Positions 23,428-37,120 of a stretch of DNA of 64,000 bases are shown piece after piece; position 1 is the stretch's first letter; each line of letters opens with the position of its first letter. The translations under genes and the position numbers were made by a program. The DNA comes from Malacoraja senta. Lineage: Eukaryota. Under the pieces are notes generated by a model, which was given only the letters and a program-made list of their open reading frames with translations, was not told where the DNA came from and ran no database searches. The stretch is taken from positions 1,490,001 to 1,554,000 of the forward strand of contig CM075990.1 of NCBI GenBank assembly GCA_038087875.1. Direction: 5' to 3'.

Positions 23428-24880
23428 ATGGTAACTGCAGGTGAATTGCTTAGTAAAAAGTTCCCTGTATCTAAAAAAGCACTGAGAAATGAGGAGAAAG
23501 AAAGGAAATTGATGAGGAAGTGACCCAGGGAAGGCACTGTCAAGATAAATGTGTGATAAGATGGAAGTGTTAATTATGAATAATATGGCACAGATAAGTT
23601 GGAAAGGGGGGAAAAGAGGAGAGGAAAGGAATTAGATGTACTTAAGCAGTTTAGAGAAAAAGGAGAGCAGGCAGTGAGGAGGCAACAGAAGTCGGAGACG
23701 ACAGGTGTGAAAGTAATAAATCAGGAGAAGTCAGTGAAAGATTTTAAAAGGTAGGTGAATGAATTTGCAAAGGAGGCTAGAATATCTGAGACGTAGGATA
23801 TTGAGTTTAGAATGAGAAGGACGGCACACCAAAATGATTAGAGTGGGAAGACATGGTGATAGAAGAAGAGGAATATGAACAGAGGGATAAATTGATGATA
23901 CTGCTTTAAAAAGAAAAGAGAAGGACAGACACAGATTATCGTTTGGGGCACCCATAACCTGAGAGGGCTAAAAATACCTTGCCCAATATTTATGATGGGG
24001 CAGGAAAATGGATTGGGGCTTTGGAGGAGAACGCGGGACGCTTATTGGCTATGGGAGATTTGAAGGCACTGTTGGTGAAAGTAATAGGAATCACTAAACT
24101 GACAGAACTCCTGAAGATGGCTGGTATAAAAATGCTGTGAATAATGCAATAAACAATGGCATGCTGTTTGACACAGTCAGGCAGAGGGTATGGCAGGCCC
24201 TCAGACAATGTTACCCACTTAAGGTGGACCCCAATGCATTAAGGGGAGATCCACTGGGAGAGGCAAAGAATCCAGCAGCCTATCTGGAGAACCAGCTGAA
24301 AAGGTGGAGACTCGAAACTGAACAAGAAATAGAAGGCAAACAGTTAATGAACACTGTATTCTGAACCACTGTGATGGATGTCATGCCTCCTCAAATCAAG
24401 TCTAGATTGGGGGAGGTGGTGGGATTGTCATCTATGTACCACCCCCTGTTCAGCGATCATTTGGTCCATGCGGTCGAGAAATATCGCAAAGATAAGAAAA
24501 AGACTTGCAGACCAGCAGGAAGAGGTGCAGAGAAAAGTGATGCAAATGTAACATGAAGGGCTCAAAAGAAAGAGCGTGGAAAAGGAAAGACAATGTTGTC
24601 AATAACAGACCTGGTTGGAAAGACTGAAATAAGTGATGCACATACACACAGTGAGTCCTATGGCAGAACCAAACAGGGGCCAGAGATATCCCATGCCAAT
24701 AATAAATGTCTTTGGGGCAGCGTTTCCTCCAATGCCCTATCAGGAGTGAAATAAATCTGGATATGAGCCCAGACAGGACTGGGGTCCCCAAGGGAGGGAG
24801 GGATCTCAAGGAGGATGTCAAGGAAGGCTAGTAGGGAGGCAGGTAATGGATAAGGTGTGTTGGGGATGTGAACAGGTATA
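23428..24880 (+). pseudogene. gag: ERV gag remnant
   Basis: MVTAGELLSKKFP..., a (W)PREGT matrix-like motif, a capsid-like stretch (GAGKWIGALEE...VWQALRQCYP...NPAAYLENQLKRWR) and the start of a zinc knuckle (CWGC). Many stops and frameshifts. Confidence 0.6.
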
Positions 24881-25038
24881 GTAATCAGGAAATAATAATT
24901 ATATTAAGTGGTGAACATAGCTATGATAGGAACACTAAGAAGAAGTATTAAATACACCTAGGCTAGGATGCCACAGGGATTTAAATACTCGCCCCATATA
25001 TTTAATCAGATGTTAAAGGTAGATTTGGAAGGTGTACC

Positions 25039-26108
25039 AGAGATGCCAGAGAGTAATGGTGGATGGCTGTTTGTCAGGTTGGAGGCCGGTGACTAGTGGA
25101 GTGCCTCAGGGATCTGTGTTGGGTCCACTGTTGTTTGTAATATACATCAATGATCTGGATGATGGTGTGGTAAATTGGATTAGTAAGTATGCAGATGATA
25201 CTAAGATAGGTGGTGTTGTGGATAATGAAGTAGATTTTCAAAGTCTACAGAGAGATTTAGGCCATTTGGAAGAGTGGGCTGAGAGATGGCAGATGGAGTT
25301 TAATGCTGATAAGTGTGAGGCGCTACATCTTGGCAGGACAAAATCAAAATAGGATGTACATGGTAAATGGTAGCGAATTGAGGAATGCAGTGGAACAGAG
25401 TGATCTAGGAATAACTGTGCATAGTTCCCTGAAGGTGGAATCTCATGTAGATAGGGTGGTAAAGAAAGCTTTTGGTGTGCTGGCCTTTATAAATCAGAGC
25501 ATTGAGTATAGAAGTTGGGATGTAATGTTAAAACTGTACAAGGCATTGGTGTGGCCAATTCTGGAGTATGGTGTACAATTTTGGTCACCAAATTATAGGA
25601 AAGATGTCAACAAAATTGTGAGAGTACAGAGGAGATTTACTAGAATGTTGCCTGGGTTTCAGCAACTAAGATACAGAGAAAGGTTGAACAAGTTAGGTTT
25701 TTATTCTTTGGAGCGCAGAAGGTTAAGGGGGTTCTTGATAGAGGTCTTTAAAATGATGAGAGGGATAGACAGAGTTGACGTGGATAGGCTTTTTTCCATT
25801 GAGGGTAGGGAAGATTGAAACAAGAGGACATGATTTGATAATTAAGGGACAGAAGTTTAGGGGAAACATGAGGGGGAACATATTTACTCAGAGAGTGGTA
25901 GCTGTGTGGAATGAGCGTCCAGTGGAAGTGGTGGAGGCAGGTTTGATTTTATCATTTAAAATAAATTGCATAGGTATATGGACGGGAAAGGAATGGAGGG
26001 TTATGGTCTGAGTGCAGGTAGATGGGACTAGGTGAGAATAAGTGTTCGGCACAGATTAGAAGGGCCGAGATGGCCTGTTTCCGTGCTGTAATTGTTATAC
26101 GATTATAT
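25039..26108 (+). mobile_element. 5'-truncated CR1 LINE inserted in the ERV RT
   Basis: [13 protein letters not shown] and YADDTK motifs. 8-bp TSD GGTGTACC at 25031-25038 and 26109-26116. Confidence 0.92.
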
Positions 26109-26607
26109 GGTGTACCTTGAGAAAGTATTTGATACAGTATGTGGATGATTTGTTGGTTTGCTCCACAAGTAAGAAACAATGTGGGCGAGACATTTGAATT
26201 TTCTTGGAAAAGCTGGCATAGGAGGTCATAAAGTATCCAGGAAGAAGTTGCTGTTTTGTCAGCAGCAGGTAGAATATTCAGGACGGGTAATATCCAAAGA
26301 AGTAAAAGCTATAGCGCAGGATCAAATTGAAGCAATAATTAAAGCTCCCAAACAGTGGGGAAGATGATGATGATCTTGAGAATGGCAGGATATAGTTCAG
26401 ACTAGATTGGAAAGTATGTTGAAATTGTGATGCCATTAAGGAAAATAATGAAGAATGCAAGACACACAAGTCTGAGAAATGTTTTACAGTCAGAGCCTTT
26501 GAATGAAGATGGCAAAAAGGTCTTGTTTGTGGATGTTTCTTGTTGAAGGGATCATAATAGCATGTAGGCAGGATTTGCAGTGGTGCGACAGGATGAATTA
26601 GAATTTA

Positions 26608-29600
26608 GACGAAAATCTAAAACCAGTGAACTCTTACACACATATATGGAAAACACAAATATAACAGATGTATGGAGGATTGCAAACCCGACGGGAAGGG
26701 ATTACTCGTTTTATTCAATGGTGCATAAAACATATTCACGGATAGACTATTTTCTAGTGGATACAAAATTAATTTCGCAATCTCTGAATCCTAAATATCA
26801 TATTAATGCGATCTCAGATCACTCTCCGTTAACTTTTGTTCTAAAACTAGAAGGAATGTCTATGAATAAACCGTTCTGGAGGTTTAACTCACAAATTTTA
26901 AAAGACCCTCAAGGGAGTATCTATCTAAAAAAACAGATGGATCTATTTTTTGAGTTAAATGATACACCAGAGATATCCCCCACGTTATTATGGGAATCCT
27001 TCAAAGCATTTATAAGAGGAGTCATTATTTCATTTCAAGCTTATCAAAATAAAAAGAATAAGAATGAACAAAGACACTTAGAAGATCAAATAAAACAGTT
27101 AGATATAGATAATGCTAAAGACCCAACTATGGATAAACATAATAAAATACTACTACTGAAATTTCAGTTAAATAAATTACTGTCAGAGAAAGTTATAACA
27201 TTATTTCAAATCACAAAACAAGAACACTTCGAATTCGGGGACAAACCCCACAAACTTCTAGCACGACAACTTAAAAAACGGGAAAAAGAGAATGCAATAT
27301 TAAAGATTAAATCAGATAGAGGGGAAGTATTAACACTACCCAAGGATATTAATAAAAGATTTGCTCAATTTTACCAGAATCTATACACATCTAAAACGTC
27401 AATAGACAATAATAAAATCTCAGAATTTTTAGATAATTGTAATCTACCACAATTAGAACGCAGGGAACAAGAGGAACTGGGAGCACAAATTACTTCTAAG
27501 GAGATAGAAGACACAATAAAAACACTAAAAAATGGAAAAACACCAGGACCAGACGGATTCAGTAATGAATTTTATAAATCTTTTTATGATATAGTTACTC
27601 CACGATTACAAAAAATGTATACATATGCTTATAAAGAGCAAAACCTACCTGAAACACTAGCGGAATCAACGATCATATTAATACTTAAAAAAGATAAAAA
27701 TATAGAAGAACCAGGATCATATAGAGCTATTGCTTTGTTAAATACGGATCAGAAAATAATAGCAAAAACATTAGCCAATAGATTAAGCAAGTATGTTAGT
27801 AGACTAATACATGAGGATCAAACAGGATTTATACCTAAGAGACACTCATTTAATAATTTGAGACGTTTGCTTAACATAATGCATTCACATAAATCTTATG
27901 ACCAAGAGTTAGCTATCATCTCACTGGACGCAGAAAAAGCGTTTGATCAAGTAGAATGGGACTATATGATCAAAGTATTGCAAAAATTCCAATTGGAGAA
28001 AACTTTATTGCATGGATAAAACTACTATATAACAAACCTACGGCTAGAATACTAACTAATAATATATTATCTTCAAAATTCGAATTATCTAGGGGCAACA
28101 GACAAGGATGTTCACTATCACCGCTGTTATTTGCTTTGGTAATTGAACCCCTTGCTGAAAAAATAAGAACACACTCGAATATTCACGGTTATAACACAAA
28201 ATATTCAAACAACAAACTATCCCTATATGCTGATGATGTACTACTGTACATCACAAAACCACAAATTAGTATACCAAATATATTAAACTTAATTGAGGAC
28301 TTTGGATCCTTTTCAGGATATAGAATAAATTGGAACAAAAGTGAAATTATGTCGATTAAACCAAAAGACTCAACACATCTCAGGAAATTCCCTTTTAAAA
28401 TAGCTATGGAAAAATTCAAATATTTAGGAATTGAGATTACTAGAAATTACCATGATATGTTTAAAGCTAATTATAATCCCCTACTTAAGAAATTAAATAA
28501 TCTGATTAAATTTTGGAAAACACTTCCGATGTCCTTAATAGGTAGGATAAATGCTATAAAAATGATTTTCTTACCACAAATCCTTTACCTATTTCAATCA
28601 ATACCTATATATCTCCCAAAAAAGTTTTTCAAAAAACTGGACTCAGACATTACAAATTTTATATGGGATTACAAATCCCACAGAATACAAAGAACACACC
28701 TTAACAAACGAAAAGAGTTGGGGGGTCTAGCGCTCCCTAACTTTATGTATTATAACTGGGCAGTAAATATTAAAAATATGATCCACCTGCTGGACAATTC
28801 TGCCCAGCAGGTGGACTGGATTAGAATGGAAAAAGGGGATTGCTCCCCGAATAATATAGGAGCGATTATTCTCTCTCCAATAAATTTGAATAATAAAAAT
28901 TATAATAAAAATCCAATTATATATAGCACTATTAGAACATGGAAGCAAATAAAACAGAATCTAAAATTAAGAAACCTATCTCTCTTAATACCAATAGTCA
29001 ATAACCCATCGTTTAAACCTTCAATCATAGATAAAGCATTTATACAATGGGAAAGAATGGGAATTAAAACGCTCGAAGATCTGTATGAATTAGAAAAATT
29101 ACTATCATTCCAACAACTACAACTGAAATATAATTTGAAAAATAATCAATATTTTAAATATATACAAATCTGTGACTATTTGAAAACACACACAAAAGAT
29201 TATTATAATATGCCTTCCGACTTACTAGATGAAGCAATGAAGACAAAGGCGGAATCAGTTAATTTAATATCATACTTATATAATATCATCTTAAATATAG
29301 AAATACCCACAACAGATGGAATTAGAAGAGATTGGGAACAAGATCTAGGTATAAAAATTTCAAAAGAGAGTTGGGATAATCATTTATTACAGGTGCATAA
29401 ATGCTCGATTAACGTACGACATACGCTTATCCAATTTAAAACATTACATAGATTATATTATTCAAAAACCAAACTAAATAAAATCTTTCCTAACGTCTCA
29501 CCAATCTGTGATAAATGTATATGTCAAGAAGCTACCATAGCACATTCTTTTGTTTTTTGTACAAAAATCCAAAAATTCTGGTTTGAAATATTTGATATTT

Positions 29601-30300
29601 TTTCAAAATTAATCAAAATAAAACTGGTACCAAAACCAGAATGGATTATTTTTGGAATATCGGAAGGTATTCCTGAATTAAACGTGTATCAGAAGAATTT
29701 ACTTAATTATGGGCTAATAATGGGAAAAAAGCTTATACTTAAATTCTGGAAAAATGCGCCCACACCAACAATAAAAATGTGGACATCAAATATGTTGGAA
29801 ACATTACATCTGGAAGAGATGAGATTCCTCCTAGTAGGCAAAGTAGATCAATTTCAAAAGACGTGGTCTACGTTTTTGGACCTATTACAAGCATGAGGTG
29901 CAATAGTAATTTAGAAAAACAAATAAATAAATAAAAGGTATCTGGACCTGGTAATGGGAGGTAAAATAAAAATAGACTTGGTTGGTAGTTCCTTCTCTAT
30001 GAAGTATGGTATAAGAGTTATAATAGAGCGATTGTTCCTTCTTTCTTTCTCTTTTTTTTCTAGGGTCTATTTTCTAACTTTACTTCCTTCTCTAACCTCT
30101 TTTCTAAGGGGCTTTCTTTTCCCAACACTCTTTTGCACTTCACAACCTTTGCGCACTTTCTTCACTTTTCTTACTTCTTTCTTTTTCTTTCTTAAAGTTT
30201 AAAAAAGTGAAGCGGTACAAAAAATGTATTAATATATACGTGTTGTACATTACTGTAATCTACCGTACTTCTAAAAAATAAAAAAATAAAAAAAAAAAAA
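26608..30300 (+). mobile_element. 5'-truncated L1-clade LINE with near-intact ORF2, inserted in the ERV RNase H
   Basis: ORFs 26580-28019 and 27956-29896 (one frameshift) give the APE end (YSRIDYF, SDHSP), RT (PGPDGF, DAEKAFD, RQGCSLSP, YADD) and a C-terminal CxxC..H..C. AATAAA and poly(A) run to 30300. TSD GAATTTA at 26601-26607 and 30301-30307. Confidence 0.93.
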
Positions 30301-31919
30301 GAATTTAAGGTAATTAAATTGGAAGCTTGCCTGTAATCTTGCTCAGCTCAGTTGGCAGAAATTAGGGCTTTAAGAGCAGCATGTGACTTGAGGGAAGGTG
30401 ACAAAGTTGAAGTTTATACAGACTCAGCATATGCACATGGGGTCTGTCACATGTTTGGAGCAGTAGGGAAACAGAAAGGCTTTAAGAAAAGCAACGGAGA
30501 CCCCATGCAAAGTTATTAGTACAGTACAGACCTGATAAGGGCAATAATGAAGCTAGAGGCACTATTTGTCATTAAATGCTAGGCACATAAGAAGTGAAAC
30601 AACATGACTATTAAGGGAAATCAGAGTGCAGACGATGCAGCCAGAACAACATCTGGAGGCTGATCAGCTGTTAATACGCCTCAGGTAAGTTTGGATCTGG
30701 AACCCACAGAGGAGGACATAATTCAAATGCAAGGTAAGGTAATCTAAGCAGAGCAAACTATGTGGAGACAACGGGGAGCTAAGCAGAACTTGAAGGGCAT
30801 GTGGATACTGAAGGATTATTGGTAGTACCCACGCCATTGCTGACCATTCTTATGACAGAAGTACATGGGTTAGATTATTGCGCAAGGGGGGGGGAAGTTA
30901 TAAGGAGGGTAAAGAAGGATGGGTTTTGGTCACCTTACTTGAAGGTGTGAAGGTTTCATCACAGTATGAGGTATGTGCTCAAAACAAGATTAGGACAATG
31001 TCAGAAAGGGAATAACAACGCCTATAGGTCTCATTCCTGTGCCTGAAGGTTCATTTAGGCACCTGGTGATCAACTACGTGGACATGATAAAGAAGGTAAG
31101 AGGGAAAAGGTATATGCTAGTAGTGATTGATAGATTTAGCAGGTGTGTGGAGGCAGTACTGTCCAAAGATTTGGGTGCGGGGACTGTAATAAAGTTTCTG
31201 ACAAATGAGGTAATCCCAAGGTTTGGTATACCTACCGAAATCAACTCCGACAACGGATCGGCTTTCATTCAGAAAGTAGTCAAACTGGTGCTACAAGCCC
31301 TTAGAGTAAAGCAAAGATTTGGGTGTGTGTATCATCTATAGTCGCAGGGCATGGTGGAAAGAATAAATGGAACATTGAAGGCTAAGATAAATAAGATTTG
31401 TGTAACTACAAAGTTGAATTGGATCGATGCCCTGCCATTGGCACTGACGAGTTGTCGCATGCAAACTAACCGAATAACCCATCTAACACATGAGATGCTC
31501 ACTGGCCGGCCCATGCCGGCGCCGCAATGGAGAGGTCCCATAGGGAACAAGCTTGGAACAGTTAGAAGTAGAATTTAAGCAGTATATGCAACAGTTAATT
31601 ATGATGCAGAAGTCTATTTATGCACGGGCAAAGCAAAAGCAGTTGAAGGTGAACCAGGAGGAAGGATCCTTTAAACCTGGAGACAAGGTGTATATATGAG
31701 CTTTCCGAATCACCCACCGTTGTTCAGGTGGAAGGTTGATCTACCTGGTACCATCTCAATCCGAACATGAAGGCTGTCCTTCAGGTATGACTCGATAATA
31801 GCCCTGAGGTAAGTGAACAGGAGGATAAAGAAGTGAGGGAAGAGCAGAGCTTTAACAAGATAATAAGTGAGGTTTTTGGAGAAATTAGTGACTCTAAGAA
31901 TGGTGTAAATGAGGTCAGA

Positions 31920-32320
31920 ATAAGGGGGTGTATGTGTCTTGTTTGGGGAACAATGCTGCACCTTCATACCTAATAATTCTAGCCTGGAGAGGTCTTTCAC
32001 TAAAGCAATGGATAAGTTGAGAATTCTGAGGAAAGAGAACAAGCAGAGTATGGGTTTTGGACATGACGTCTTTAGTTGGCTGGTATATATATATTAGGCG
32101 GTTGGGGAGCATGGCTGACTAAGATAGGAGTGACTAATGGAGCTGCACTGCTGGGGGTTATTGTGGTGCTATGTTGAGTTTTACGCTGTTAAGTTTTTCT
32201 AGTAAGAGCCACTGCCGAGCAGCTTTCGTTGATCCAGGATAAAGGTGAAACTGTTTCCCCTAAGAAGCAGATCCCGAGGATAGAATACTACGATGATGTG
32301 CAGAACATGTCAGAGAGATA
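31920..32320 (+). pseudogene. env: ERV env transmembrane remnant (SU deleted)
   Basis: GVCVLFGEQCCTFIPNNS contains the CX6CC motif of gamma-type TM subunits and is followed by a hydrophobic stretch. Confidence 0.75.
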
Positions 32321-32542
32321 TTGAGCTATAGATTGTGCGGAGAACTGGGTCTTTTTCCCCACCCTAGTATAATGGGGGTGGGTTTTTGGCCCAGATATTC
32401 AGGTTTTTAGAGAAAGAACACTATAAAACTGAGCATTACAAATTTAAGGTCCCTGAAATTGGTCGTAGTTTAATTTGACAACCAAAATGTGGAGCTTGTG
32501 GTGTTCTTTTTCTATGAGACTTAAGAAGTCTCAGAGGGGGGA

Positions 32543-32985
32543 TATATAGTAGATATTATTTTCTGTATTAAATGTATCTTATATAATCTGTATTTAAAAG
32601 TAGTTTAAGAAGTGTAGCCGTTCTCAGGTTACAGGCCATTTGGTCAGTCACAGACCACATGGTTTTTCTCAGGAGACATTCTGCAATGCAAAGGGTGACC
32701 TTTGATAATGTTGTCAGTATGATAACAAAGTCGTAAAGAGGCCCAAGGATGGGGTTGGAATGCCACCCCCCTAGAGATAACAAGAAAGGGGGAGGGGGTG
32801 TAAACTGGCAAGGGACCATTATCGTTTGTCACCTGGGACAGTTTTATGACCCTTGCGTGCTGGGAAAATAGAAGGTATGTTTGCAGAGATAGAGTACATT
32901 CATACTTTGAAGTTTGTAATGTGAGATCATGTTACTTTAAATACGATTTATAATGAGATAATATGGGATATAGTGTGTTTTAGTT
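32543..32985 (+). repeat. ERV 3' LTR, truncated by the assembly gap
   Basis: Follows the polypurine tract AGAGGGGGGA (32533-32542) and matches the 5' LTR. Confidence 0.88.
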
Positions 32986-33185
32986 NNNNNNNNNNNNNNN
33001 NNNNNNNNNNNNNNNNNNNNNNNNNNNNNNNNNNNNNNNNNNNNNNNNNNNNNNNNNNNNNNNNNNNNNNNNNNNNNNNNNNNNNNNNNNNNNNNNNNNN
33101 NNNNNNNNNNNNNNNNNNNNNNNNNNNNNNNNNNNNNNNNNNNNNNNNNNNNNNNNNNNNNNNNNNNNNNNNNNNNNNNNNNNNN
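32986..33185. other. Assembly gap (200 N)
   Basis: Run of N. Confidence 1.
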
Positions 33186-36100
33186 AGTACACGCCGAGTC
33201 TATCCAGTCTTTCTTCATATGAAAGTCCTGACATACCAGGAATCAGTCTGGTGACCCTTCTCTGTACTCCCTCTATGGCAAGAATGTCTTTCCTCAGATT
33301 AGGAGACCAAAACTGTACGCAATACTCCAGGTGTGGTCTCACCAAGACCCTGTACAACTGCACTAGAACCTCCCTGCTCCTATACTCAAATCCTTTTGCT
33401 ATGAATGCTAACATACCATTCGCCTTCTTCACTGCCTGCTGCACCTGCATGCCTACTTTTATTCACTGGTGTACCATGACACCCAGGTCTTGTTGCATCT
33501 CCCCTTTTCCTAATCGGCTACCATTCAGATAATAATCTACTTTCCTGTTTTTGCCACCAAAGTGGATAACCTCACATTTATCCACATTATACTGCATCTG
33601 CCATGCATTTGCCCACTCACCCAGCCTATCCAGGTCACCTTGCAGCCTCCGAGCATTCTCCTCACAGCTAACACTGCCCCCCAGCTTCGTGTCATCCGCA
33701 AACGTGGAGATGTTGCATTCAATTCCCTCGTCCAAATCATTAATATATATCGTAAATAGTGGGGTCCCAGCACTGAGCCTTGCGGTACCCCACTAGTCAC
33801 TGCCTGCCATTGTGAAAAGGACCCGTTTACTCCTACTCTTTGCTTCCTGTCTGCCAGCCAGTTCTCTATCCACATCAATACTGAACCCCCAATACCGTGT
33901 GCTTTAAGTTTGTATACCAATCTCTTATGTGGGACATTGTCGAAAGCCTTCTGATAGTCCAGATATAACACATCCACTGGTTTTCCCTTAGCCACTCTAC
34001 TAGTTACATCCTCGAAAAATTCTATAAGATTCGTCAGACATGATTTACCTTTCATAAATCCATGCTGACTTTGTCCAATGATTTCACCACTTTCCAAATC
34101 TATGCTATCCCATCTTTAATAACTGATTCTAGCAGTTTCCCCACTACTGACGTTAGACTAACTGGTCTGTAATTCCCCGTTTTCTCTCTCCCTCCCTTTT
34201 TAAAAAGTGTGGTTCCATTAGCTACCCTCCAATCCTCAGGAACTACTCCAGAATCTAAAGAGTTTTGAAAAATTATCACTAATGCATCCAATATTTCTGG
34301 GGCTACTTCCTTAAGTACTCTGGGATGCAGCCTATCTGGCCCTGGGGATTTACCGGCCTTTAATCCATTCAATTTACCTAACACCACTTCCCGGCTAACC
34401 TGGATTTCACTCAGTTCCTCCAACTCATTTGACCCCCGGTCCCCTGCTATTTCCGGCAGATTATTTATGTCTTCCTTAGTGAAGACAGAACCAAAGTGGT
34501 TATTCAATTGGTCTGCCATGTCCTTGTTCCCCATGATCAATTCACCTGTTTCTGACTGCAAGGGACCTACATTTGTTTTAACTAATCTTTTTTTCTTCAC
34601 ATATCTATAAAAGCTTTTGCAGTCAGTTTTTATGTTCCCTGCCAGTTTTCTTTCATAATCTATTATCCCTTTCCTAATTAAGCCCTTTGTCCTCCTCTGC
34701 TGGACTCTGAATTTCTCCCAGTCCTCTGGTAGGCTGCTTTTTCTGGCTAATTTGTACGCTTCATCTTTTGTTTTGATACTATCCCTGATTTCCCTTGTTA
34801 TCCATGGATGCACTACCTTCCCTGATTTATTTTTTTGCCAAACTGGGATGAACAATTGTTGTAGTTCATCCATGCAGTCTTTAAATGCCTTCCATTGCAT
34901 ATCTACCGTCAATCCATTAAGAATCAATTGCCAGTCTATCTTGGCCAATTCACTTCTCATACCCTCAAAGTTACCTTTCTTTAAGTTCAGGACCCTTGTT
35001 TCTGAATTAACAATGTCACTCTCCATCCTAATGAAGAACTCAACCATATTATGGTCACCCTTGCCCAAGGGGCCACGCACAACAAGACTGCTAACTAACC
35101 CTTCCTCATTACTCAATACCCAATCTAGAATAGCCTGCTCTCTCGTTGGTTCCTCTACATGTTGGTTTAGAAAACTATCACGCATACATTCCAAGAAATA
35201 CTCTTCCTCAGCACCCTTGCCAATTTGATTCACCCAATCTATATGTAGATTGAAGTCACCCATTATAACTGTTTTACCTTTGTTGCACGCATTTCTAATT
35301 TCCTGTTTGATGCCATCCCCAACTCCACAACTACTGTTAGGTGGCCTGTACACAACTCGCACTAGCGTTTTCTGCCCCTTAGTGTTTCGCAGCTCTACCC
35401 ATATCGATTCCACATCCTCCAACCTAATGTCCTTCCTTTCTATTGCGTTAATCTGCTCTCTAACCAGCAACGCTACCCCACCTCCTTTCCCTTTCTGTCT
35501 ATCCCTCCTGAATATTGAATATCCCTGGATGTTCAGCTCCCAGCCTTGGTTACCTTGGAGCCATGTCTCCGTGATCCCAACTATATCATAGTCATTAATA
35601 GCTATCAGCACATTCAACTCATCCACCTTATTACAAATGCTCCTTGCATTGAGACACAAAGCCTTCAGGCTTGTTTTTACAACACTCTTACCCCTTATAC
35701 AATTATGTTGAAAAGTGGCCCTTTTTGATTTTTGCCCTGGATTTGTCTGCCTGCCACTTTTACTTTTCACCTTGCTACCTATTGCTTCTACCCTCATTTT
35801 ACACCCCTCTGTCTCTACGCTCACACATTTAAGAAACCCTTTCCCTTTAACTACATCCTCAACTATCCCATTCGACACCCCACCGCCCTTATTCAGTTTA
35901 AAACCACCCGTGTAGCAGTGGCAAACCTGCCTGCCAGAATGCTGGTCCCCCACCTGTTAAGATGCAATCCGTCCCTTTTGTACAGTTCCCTTTTACTCCA
36001 AAACAGATCTCAGTGATCTAAGAATCTAAATCCCTGCCCGGTGCACAAGTTCCTCAGCCACACATTCAGGTCCCGTATCTCCCTGTTCCTGCTCTCGCCA

Positions 36101-37120
36101 GCACGAGGAACTGGAAGCAAACCGGAGATAACAACCCCGGAGGTCCTGCTTTTCAGCATTTTTCCGAGCTCTCTAAAGTCACGCTGCAGAATATTCATCC
36201 CCTTCTTTCCGACATCGTTTGTGCCGACATGCACTGCCACTTCCGGCTGTTCACCTTCGCCCTTGAGGATTTTCTGCACTCTGTCCGTGACATCCTGGAT
36301 CCTGGCACCCGGAAGGCAGCACACCATCCTCGAATCCCATCTGTTGCCGCAGAAACCCCTGTCCGTACCTCTCACAATGGAGTCTCCCACTTCAATGGCG
36401 TTGCCTGACTTTGACCTTTTTGGTTTTGGCTCAACAGCCCTATTCGCATCGCAAGCCAGTCTGCCGCTCAGTGTTAAAACGTCTTCTGTCCCGACAGCTT
36501 CTAAGTGGGTGAACCTGTTCACAAGAGGTACAACACCCGGGGACGTTTGCATTCCATGCTTCCCTCCCTTTCTCACTGTCTCCCACCTTCTCTCTTCCAG
36601 TACCTTAGGGGTAACAATATTACTGTAGGACTTGTCGAGGAACGACTCAGTTTCTCGGACAAACCTGACGTCATCCATGTGCTTCTCCAGTTCCCCAACA
36701 CGGTCCTTCAGGAGCTGTACCTGGATGCACTTGTCACATTTGTAGCAGCCAGAGGCACCAGCAGTGTCCTTGACCTCCCACATACTGCAAGCATCACACT
36801 GAATCAGCTTGCCTGACATCTCCTTCTTTCGTCTCTCCCTCTGCAGTGTTTTGCGTAGCCTCCTCTCCTCAGCCTCCTCGCCGAAGACTCTCGAGCCAAA
36901 GACTCACACTTTTCTCACAGGGCCGCTCCCTAATAGCAGTCTTGCTTATATTGACTGATAAATTGCCTAATTTACCAATTTACAATCCAAATTCCTCAGT
37001 TTTCAACTGTTTTCCCCGCTTTGACTCACTTCTCTCCTCCCTCTTGGGCTAGAGCCAATCAGTGTTTTCTCTTGCTAATGTTCTCCTGCTGTTGCTTCCA
37101 AATCTACAGCAGCTCTGAGA
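33186..37120 (-). mobile_element. Near-full-length CR1 LINE (ORF1 Zn-finger/SGNH esterase, ORF2 APE-RT)
   Basis: ORF1 36819-36010: CxxC..CxxC, GDSIVRG, VHVGTND, a premature stop, then DGLH. ORF2 about 35680-33186: [34 protein letters not shown], with a few disablements. The 5' junction rejoins unit sequence equivalent to 5536. Confidence 0.93.

Larger units (their letters stand above)
24945..31800 (+). pseudogene. pol: ERV pol remnant (RT, RNase H, integrase), split by two LINE insertions; protease region missing
   Basis: RMPQGFKYSPHIFNQ (about 24966), QYVDDLLV (YVDD at 26138-26149), LFVD..AGFAVV, SAQLAEIRAL and YTDSAYA, plus integrase [36 protein letters not shown]. Confidence 0.88.
19713..32985 (+). 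mobile_element. Endogenous retrovirus, class I (epsilon/gamma-like), defective, with nested LINEs
   Basis: Two LTRs, PBS, gag, RT (MPQG and YVDD), RNase H, integrase, an env TM CX6CC motif and a PPT, all in retroviral order. Confidence 0.9.

Noticed and set aside
26580..26607. Functional ERV-L1 fusion ORF
   Set aside because: A chance in-frame junction at the L1 insertion site. The upstream ERV pol contains stops.
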